Origin: Candidatus Hydrogenedentota bacterium
GTDB taxonomy: Bacteria > Hydrogenedentota > Hydrogenedentia > Hydrogenedentales > SLHB01
Assembly (NCBI GenBank): GCA_034408725.1
Contig: JAWXCN010000015.1
Location: forward strand, 1-45,856
Direction: 5' to 3'
Length of the DNA: 45,856 nucleotides
This document shows, one piece after another, positions 39,283-45,856 of this stretch; the stretch's first letter is position 1, and the number at the start of each line of letters is the position of its first letter. The notes beneath the pieces are model-generated. The model made no database searches and was not told the origin of the DNA. It saw nothing but the letters and a program-made list of their open reading frames with translations. The translations under genes and the position numbers were made by a program.

Positions 39283-40425
39283 TCAGACGTGCGTGAATGC
39301 GTGCTCCAGGTCTTCAATCAGATCGGCAATGTCTTCAATTCCAACCGATACGCGAATCAAATTGTGGGTGATTCCGGCTGCCGCGCGCGCGTCTTCCGGC
39401 ATGGACGAATGCGTCATGGTCCAAGGATGCTCGATGAGCGACTCGACGCCGCCGAGCGAGATCGCGAGCTGAAACAATTTCGTGTTGCTCACAAGCCGAA
39501 AGGCTTCGTCACGTCCGCCTTTGACCTTGAACGAGAACGTGCCGCCATAGCCTTTCATTTGTTTCTTCGCGAGCGCGTGTTGTGGATGACTTTCGAGTCC
39601 GGGGTGCAGCACAATTTCTACCTTCGGGTTTTTTTCGAGCCAATGCGCGATCTCCAGCGCGTTGGCATTGTGCTCTTCCATGCGCACCGCGAGGGTCTTG
39701 ATGCCGCGCAGCACGAGAAAACAGTCCATCGGCCCGGCGCAGGTGCCCATTGCGTTCAGCAAGAACGCGATTTGTTTGCCCAGATCGTCATCGTTGGTGA
39801 TGAGTGCGCCGCCGACGATATCCGAATGGCCATTCAAATATTTCGTCGTTGAATGCATCACGACGTCGATCCCGAAATCCAGCGGCCGCTGAAAATACGG
39901 AGAACAAAATGTGTTGTCGCACGCGGTAACGATCCCGTGCTGTTTGGCAATACGCGCGATTGATTCCAGGTCCAGCAGGTTCATCAGGGGATTCGTCGGC
40001 GTTTCCAGCCAGATACATTTCGTTTCTTTGCGAATCGTTTTGCGCAGCGCATCGAGATCGCGAAGGTTTACAAAATCCACCGCGACACCCTTTTGCCGGA
40101 TCACCTTGGTCAAAAGCCGATACGTACCGCCATACAGATCGTCATGCACAATAAGATGATCGCCGGGGCCGTACATCGCGAAGAACGTCGTTTCCGCGGC
40201 CATGCCCGTTCCGAATGCGAACCCGTACTTTCCGCCTTCCAGCGCCGCGATACAGTCTTCTAGCGCCTTGCGCGTCGGGTTTCCGCTCCGCGAATAATCA
40301 AACGGCGGCGGGTTGTCCGCGCCACGAAATGCAAACGTCGAAGTCTGATAGATCGGCGTAATCACTGCGCCGTACGTCGCATCGGGATGTTGGCCTGCAT
40401 GAATCGACAATGTCTTGAAACGCAT
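39283..40425 (-). CDS. Cystathionine gamma-synthase/lyase (Cys/Met metabolism PLP enzyme)
   Basis: PIYQTSTF, YSRSGNPT, ETPTNP, DNTF, HSTTKYLNGHSD, SLGGVESL. Confidence 0.93.
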   Translation of the reverse strand: MRFKTLSIHAGQHPDATYGAVITPIYQTSTFAFRGADNPPPFDYSRSGNPTRKALEDCIAALEGGKYGFAFGTGMAAETTFFAMYGPGDHLIVHDDLYGGTYRLLTKVIRQKGVAVDFVNLRDLDALRKTIRKETKCIWLETPTNPLMNLLDLESIARIAKQHGIVTACDNTFCSPYFQRPLDFGIDVVMHSTTKYLNGHSDIVGGALITNDDDLGKQIAFLLNAMGTCAGPMDCFLVLRGIKTLAVRMEEHNANALEIAHWLEKNPKVEIVLHPGLESHPQHALAKKQMKGYGGTFSFKVKGGRDEAFRLVSNTKLFQLAISLGGVESLIEHPWTMTHSSMPEDARAAAGITHNLIRVSVGIEDIADLIEDLEHAFTHV

Positions 40426-40616
40426 GAAACCCGCCTATTGTTGAATGAATGACTCTCGCTGCCCAGGTCATTATAGAGGCGATTTTATGCGCACCTCAAC
40501 GATTGCCACGGCGGAGCAACCTTTCCAGGATGAATGACATTAATACCTTGAAGTGGGGTACCATCTGAGAGCGCAACGTAGCCGGTCCGAAAACCGCGGT
40601 GAAAGGGGTTCAAGCC

Positions 40617-41351
40617 ATGCGTCGAAAACTTTCGCAATGCTTCATTGTGGTCTTTGCGGGTGTGTCCATCGCGCTTTTGGCCCTGTCCGGATGTGCGACG
40701 CGATCAATATCCAATTCCGGATATCCCGGAAATTATTATGATCGGAACGAGATGTACACGGGAGAGCTTTCTGAGTTCAGCGTGCTCGGTATCGACCCGG
40801 CCGTGGAAATTTCTGAGGAACGCATCGCGGAAGCGTTTAACAATGAACACCAGGTTTCAATGAAACCCGGCACGGCTTTGCTCCTGATCCAATCAGGAGC
40901 ACAGTTCCCGGATGAACCCATGCAGCGAGAACTTTCCAAACATTTTCGCATCGTTCCGTTTTCGGGCGCGGTGGACAAGGAATCCGCGAAGATTAACCTC
41001 TCGAAACCGTTGCGCCTCGCCGCTGCGCAAGGCCAATGCGATGTCATCGTCTGCTACTGGGGCGTGCTCGAAACCGCGCAGAAGGACCTTGCAACAAAGG
41101 CCGTGTCCTGGGTACCCGTCGTTGGGCGTGTAGTCCCCGACGAAACCCAACAAATGCGCATTCGCCTGAAGATGGTGCTCGTCGACGCCCGAACCGGCAA
41201 TTGGAAGATGATTGCTCCCGAGCCGTTCGTTGACATGGGCGCATCGGCAAAATTAAACAGGGAATCCTCCGACCAAAGCCAGGTGAACAAGTTGAAAGAA
41301 CAGGCGTACGTGGCCCTCGCAGAACAATTGCGACTGCGCGCCGCTTCCTGA
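40617..41351 (+). CDS. Lipoprotein, function unknown
   Basis: Lipobox LSG^C, RSISNSGY, QSGAQFPD, SWVPVVG. Confidence 0.8.
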   Translation: MRRKLSQCFIVVFAGVSIALLALSGCATRSISNSGYPGNYYDRNEMYTGELSEFSVLGIDPAVEISEERIAEAFNNEHQVSMKPGTALLLIQSGAQFPDEPMQRELSKHFRIVPFSGAVDKESAKINLSKPLRLAAAQGQCDVIVCYWGVLETAQKDLATKAVSWVPVVGRVVPDETQQMRIRLKMVLVDARTGNWKMIAPEPFVDMGASAKLNRESSDQSQVNKLKEQAYVALAEQLRLRAAS

Positions 41352-41352
41352 C

Positions 41353-43875
41353 TCACAATTCAGAATTGCGCAGCCGCAGCGCGTTGCCAATCACGGACAC
41401 GCTGCTCAGGCTCATCGCGGCAGCGGCGATCATCGGACTCAGCGTCAGCCCCGTGATTGGATACAGCACCCCCGCCGCGATCGGCACACAGGCCGCGTTG
41501 TAAGCGAAAGCAAGAAACAAATTCTGCCGGATATTCTGCATGACCGCCCGGCTCAATTTTCGCGCGCGCGCGATGGCGCGCAGATCGCCCTGCACCAGGG
41601 TAACGCCCGCCGACTCGATAGCTATGTCGGTGCCCGTGCCCATCGCAATGCCAACATGCGCCAACGCCAACGCCGGGGCGTCGTTCACACCGTCGCCGGC
41701 CATGGCAACGATGCGGCCCTCTTTCTGAAGCCGCTTCACGATCTCGCCCTTCGCCTCGGGCAACACGTCCGCCTCGACGTTTGCGATGCCCAAGGTCTTC
41801 GCAACGGCCTCCGCCGTGCGCCGGTTGTCGCCCGTCACCATCACAACGTGGACGCCGGCTGCTTCAAGTTCGGCGAGCGCCTGTTGCGTCGTGTTCTTGA
41901 TCGGGTCCGCGATGCCCAAGACGCCAGCGACCGAACCTCCCATTGATATGTAAACGACGGTCTGACCTTTGCCCCGCATTTCCGCGACGGCCCCGGCGAC
42001 CGGTTCCGGGTCGCTTTTCAATTCTGTCATGAGCAGGTCGTTTCCCAATCCAATGCGCTTGCCGCCGCACGCGCCGGCTACGCCTTGCCCCGGAATATAG
42101 GCAAAGTCTTCCACCGATTCTGCATCGACACCGCGGTCCTTGGCATACAGAATGACGGCCTGCGCAAGCGGATGCTCGCTCTGTTGCTCGAGCCCGGCCG
42201 CCGCCGCCAGCACCTCGCGCTCGTCGAATCCCTGTTGTATCCGCGCATCGACAACGCGCGGCTTTCCTTCGGTGAGCGTGCCGGTCTTGTCGACTACGAG
42301 CGTGTTCACCCGCTCCATTGTTTCGAGCGCTTCCGCGTTGCGGATCAACACCCCCGCCGTCGCCCCGCGCCCAACGCCAACCATGATCGACATCGGCGTT
42401 GCAAGCCCGAGCGCGCAGGGGCACGCAATGATCAACACCGACACCGCGCTCACAAGCGCGTAGGCCAGCCGCGGTTCCGGCCCAAGCAGCATCCACGCGA
42501 AAAACGCGATCACCGCAATCGCCATGACCACGGGAACAAAATATCCCGCGACCGTATCCGCCAGCCGCTGGATCGGCGCGCGGCTGCGTTGCGCTTCAGA
42601 CACCATCCGCACAATGTGCGCCAGCACCGTCTCACCGCCCACCTTTTCCGCGCGCATGATCAGACTGCCGACGCCGTTGACCGTTCCACCAGTGAGGGAA
42701 TCCCCCGCGCGCTTTGCGACCGGCATTGACTCGCCGGTGATCATCGATTCGTCAATCGCGCCCGAACCTTCGAGTACGACGCCGTCCACCGGCACGCGCT
42801 CGCCGGGCCGCACGCGCAACGTGTCGTTCACGCCAATTTGTTCCAGGGGCACGTCGGTTTCGTTTCCCTGCGCGTCAATCCTGCGCCCGGTCTTCGGGGT
42901 TAGTGACAACAGCGACCGTATCGCATTCGACGTTTTTGATCGCGCCCGCAGTTCGAGCACTTGACCAAGCAGCACCAGCGTAATGATCACCGCGGCGGCC
43001 TCGAAGTAGAGCGGCACGCCGTGACTGTCCCCGCGCATTCCGTGTGGAACAATTCCTGGAGCGAGCAGCGTCACCACACTGAACACATAGGCAACGCCGG
43101 TGCCGAGCGCGATCAACGTAAACATGTTCAGATGGCGAGAAACAACTGACGCCCACCCGCGCTGAATAAACGGCCATCCGCCCCACAACACAACCGGCGT
43201 CGCCAGCGCGAATTGCAGCCAACCCATCACGTTAGAAGGAATCGCGACAAGCGGCGCACCCGGCAACATCTCCCCCATGCTCAACACGAAGAGCGGAAGC
43301 GTAAGCACCGCGCTGATCCAGAACCGGCGTTGCATGTCATCCAGCTCGGGGTTTGCAGTGTCTTCCGCCGTAATTTCTTCCGGCTCAAGCGCCATGCCGC
43401 ATTTCGGGCAAGTTCCCGGCCCAGTTTGACGCACTTCCGGATGCATCGGACAAATGTAGACGCGCGTGTCGTTCGCGGTGGGTTGGGGCATTGCTTTTTT
43501 TGTCACTGTGCGCAGATACTCGTCCGGCGACGCGGCAAATTTCTTTTTGCACGACTCGGAACAAAAGTAGTAGGTCGTGCCATTGTGCGCATGCGAATGC
43601 TTCGCCGTCGCCGGATCAACCGTCATCCCGCAAACCGGGTCCTTCCCGGCCATTGAAGAAGTTTCGGGAAGGGTGGCCAACGGCGACAAATATGCCAGCG
43701 GCGATGCCATAAACTTCGTTTTGCACGAACCCGAGCAAAAGTAATAGGTCTTTCCATCGTGAACATGCGTATGCTTCGCAGTCGATGGATCAACCGCCAT
43801 TCCGCACACGGGATCGCGTTCCCGCATCCCTGCGGCAACCGCCTCCGTTTCGTTGGAATGATCGCGCGTAGTCAT
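41353..43875 (-). CDS. copA: P1B-type Cu(I)-translocating ATPase with two YHS domains and a CPMHP metal-binding domain
   Basis: DPVCGM twice, YICPMHP, TGES, ACPCALG, DKTGT, SEHP, GDGVND, YN...MSLSS. Confidence 0.93.
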   Translation of the reverse strand: MTTRDHSNETEAVAAGMRERDPVCGMAVDPSTAKHTHVHDGKTYYFCSGSCKTKFMASPLAYLSPLATLPETSSMAGKDPVCGMTVDPATAKHSHAHNGTTYYFCSESCKKKFAASPDEYLRTVTKKAMPQPTANDTRVYICPMHPEVRQTGPGTCPKCGMALEPEEITAEDTANPELDDMQRRFWISAVLTLPLFVLSMGEMLPGAPLVAIPSNVMGWLQFALATPVVLWGGWPFIQRGWASVVSRHLNMFTLIALGTGVAYVFSVVTLLAPGIVPHGMRGDSHGVPLYFEAAAVIITLVLLGQVLELRARSKTSNAIRSLLSLTPKTGRRIDAQGNETDVPLEQIGVNDTLRVRPGERVPVDGVVLEGSGAIDESMITGESMPVAKRAGDSLTGGTVNGVGSLIMRAEKVGGETVLAHIVRMVSEAQRSRAPIQRLADTVAGYFVPVVMAIAVIAFFAWMLLGPEPRLAYALVSAVSVLIIACPCALGLATPMSIMVGVGRGATAGVLIRNAEALETMERVNTLVVDKTGTLTEGKPRVVDARIQQGFDEREVLAAAAGLEQQSEHPLAQAVILYAKDRGVDAESVEDFAYIPGQGVAGACGGKRIGLGNDLLMTELKSDPEPVAGAVAEMRGKGQTVVYISMGGSVAGVLGIADPIKNTTQQALAELEAAGVHVVMVTGDNRRTAEAVAKTLGIANVEADVLPEAKGEIVKRLQKEGRIVAMAGDGVNDAPALALAHVGIAMGTGTDIAIESAGVTLVQGDLRAIARARKLSRAVMQNIRQNLFLAFAYNAACVPIAAGVLYPITGLTLSPMIAAAAMSLSSVSVIGNALRLRNSEL

Positions 43876-43986
43876 TGGGAAAGTATAACGAAACAGGATA
43901 TCTAGGTTTGTGTGCATCCATGAACCTCGATACCCCCGCCCATCAACCCGGGAACGGGTAGCGTGCGGCGTCACGGGGAAACGTGA

Positions 43987-44026
43987 TTGCATTCTTGTTA
44001 GAAATGATTTATACCTATCGGTAGGT
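43987..44026 (+). promoter_or_regulatory. Promoter with an overlapping palindromic operator upstream of the fadN-like gene
   Basis: TTGCAT-17-TATACC overlapped by ACCTA-TCGG-TAGGT (44013-44026). Confidence 0.45.
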
Positions 44027-44124
44027 CTGTGGAATTGGATCCGGGTGGGTGGAAGTTTTCTGTAGAATTGACGTTTACCAAAATTCGCGAGCGGTGCGGC
44101 ATGTCAACTTGTTGGAGGGAAGTC

Positions 44125-45856
44125 ATGAGAGACATTCGGCGTGTGGCGGTGTTGGGGTCGGGCGTGATGGGTGGGGCGATCGCCGCGCATCTTGCGAACT
44201 GCGGCATTCCGAGCATTATGATGGATATCGTGCCGCCGAATCTGGAGGGAAAGGACACAATAAAGAACATCCCCCCTTCCCCCCTTCAAAGGGGGACTAG
44301 CCCCAACGCATTTGCTGAAAGCAGCAAGGCGAATCTGCTTAAGGCGAAGCCGTCGCCCATCTATTCGAAGTCCGTGCTCGATTTGATCGAAACCGGCAAC
44401 TTTGAAGACGACATGCACCGGATCGCGGAGGTGGACTGGATCATCGAGGTGGTGAAGGAAGACCTGGCGATCAAGAAGAAAGTTTTTGAGCAGGTCAAGA
44501 AGCATCGCAAGCCGGGCACGATCACGACGACGAACACGAGCGGAATTCCCATTGCCTCGATGCTGGACGTGATGGATGATGATTTCAAAAAGCATTTCTT
44601 CGGCACGCACTTTTTCAATCCGCCGCGTTACCTCAAGCTGCTTGAAATCATTCCGCACCCCGGCACGGACGCGGGCGTGGTTTCGTTCATGGCGGATTTC
44701 ATGGAGAACGTCCTGGGCAAAGGCGTTGTGTATGCGAAGGACACGCCCAATTTTGTGGCGAACCGCATCCTCACTTTCGGCTCGCAGTTCATCATGCACG
44801 AGATGACGAAGGACGGATTATCAATTGAAGAAGTCGATGCGGTCACCGGTCCCGCGGTTGGCCATGCGTCATCGGCGACGTTCCGCACGTTTGATCTCGT
44901 CGGCCTCGACACCTATCTCAATGTGCTCGGCAACGTCGCGAACAATTGTCCGGACGACGAGCGGCTTGATGTCATGGTCGCGCCGGAATGGCTTAAGACA
45001 ATGGTCGAAAAGGGACTGCACGGCGCGAAAACCGGCAGCGGCTTCTACAAGGCCACAAAGGAAAAAGACGAGAAGGGTAAGCGGATCATCCTCGGTCTCG
45101 ATCTTGAGACCCTAGAATATCGCGCACCGATCAAGCCGCGCTTCAAGTGTACCGGCGCGGTGCGTAACGCGGAATCGATCGAAGAAAAAGTAAAAATCAT
45201 GCACACAGGCTCCGACAAGGGCTCTGTGTTTGCATGGAAATTGTTCGCGAACACGGCCATATACGCGGCAAACCGCATACCCGAAATCGCGAACGACATC
45301 GTGAACATCGACAACGCTGTCAAATGGGGTTTCGCGTGGGAGATCGGGATTTTCGAGACGTGGGACGCGCTCGGCTTCGACGAAGTCATCGCGCGCATGG
45401 AAAAGGAAGGACTAAAACTTCCGCCGATTGTCGCCGCGATGGAGTCGGCGGGAGCGAAGTCGTTCTACAAAGACGAAAAAGGCAAGCGCGTGTATTTCGA
45501 TCTTGGATCGAAGTCGTACAAGCCTGTAGCGAAGAATCCAAACGAGATTTCCGTCGCGAGCGTGAAAGCGTCTGGCGGTGTTGTGAAAGAGAACGAGAGC
45601 GCGACACTGCTCGATATCGGTGACGGAATTCTCTGCGTCGAGTTCCACACGAAGATGAATGCGATAGACACCGACCTCGGTCTGATGCTCCAGGAAGGGG
45701 TGAACCTGCTGAATGAAGGCAAGTTCGAGGGCATGGTCGTCGGCAACCAGGGCGCGCACTTCTGCGCGGGCGCGAACATATTTGTCGTGCTCGGCGAGGC
45801 GATGCAGGAAAACTGGAAAGTGATCGACGAAGCGATCAACGGATTCCAACAGATCA
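44125..45856 (+). CDS. 3-hydroxyacyl-CoA dehydrogenase/enoyl-CoA hydratase (FadN-like); partial, runs off the window
   Basis: GGAGG SD; VAVLGSGVMG, TNTSG, GTHFFNPPRYLKLLE, KDTPNFVANR, EFHTKMNA, FCAGAN; the first and last codons share one frame and the ORF track lists no stop. Confidence 0.93.
   Translation, partial: MRDIRRVAVLGSGVMGGAIAAHLANCGIPSIMMDIVPPNLEGKDTIKNIPPSPLQRGTSPNAFAESSKANLLKAKPSPIYSKSVLDLIETGNFEDDMHRIAEVDWIIEVVKEDLAIKKKVFEQVKKHRKPGTITTTNTSGIPIASMLDVMDDDFKKHFFGTHFFNPPRYLKLLEIIPHPGTDAGVVSFMADFMENVLGKGVVYAKDTPNFVANRILTFGSQFIMHEMTKDGLSIEEVDAVTGPAVGHASSATFRTFDLVGLDTYLNVLGNVANNCPDDERLDVMVAPEWLKTMVEKGLHGAKTGSGFYKATKEKDEKGKRIILGLDLETLEYRAPIKPRFKCTGAVRNAESIEEKVKIMHTGSDKGSVFAWKLFANTAIYAANRIPEIANDIVNIDNAVKWGFAWEIGIFETWDALGFDEVIARMEKEGLKLPPIVAAMESAGAKSFYKDEKGKRVYFDLGSKSYKPVAKNPNEISVASVKASGGVVKENESATLLDIGDGILCVEFHTKMNAIDTDLGLMLQEGVNLLNEGKFEGMVVGNQGAHFCAGANIFVVLGEAMQENWKVIDEAINGFQQI
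44269..44298 (+). repeat. C/G-run palindromic element inside the fadN-like CDS
   Basis: ATCCCCCCTTCCCCCCTTCAAAGGGGGACT encodes IPPSPLQRGT in frame. Confidence 0.6.

Noticed and set aside
43929-43962. CsoR-type operator upstream of copA (ATACCCCC...GGGTA)
   Set aside because: Half-sites are too far apart and distant from the predicted -10

Overview
GC-rich bacterial chromosomal window; the DUF1559 protein style suggests Candidatus Hydrogenedentes or a PVC-like lineage (inference only). It holds about 38 intact CDS, mostly housekeeping or metabolic: hsp20-lon, NUDIX-pncA-pncB, tgt-yajC-secDF, cysE, xylA, hemW, P450, thiG, gpsA, mazG-like, metB-like, copA and a partial fadN-like gene. Three decayed genes are visible, and several REP/REPIN-like palindrome families fill many intergenic gaps. 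No rRNA, tRNA, CRISPR array or transposase was recognised. Main leads: (1) a DUF2946/CruR-like leader (signal region, His-rich, CxxC, terminal RGPP) whose stop-codon region pairs with the Shine-Dalgarno (SD) of a His-tailed DUF1559 pilin-like gene, a candidate metal-sensing ribosome-stalling switch; (2) a ~180-nt five-hairpin RNA with C-rich loops; (3) an orphan HTH-DNA methyltransferase with a leaderless promoter carrying two GACGTC sites and a late nonsense codon; (4) a palindromic element inserted in frame in the fadN-like gene. All calls are from reading motifs by eye; no database searches were run.
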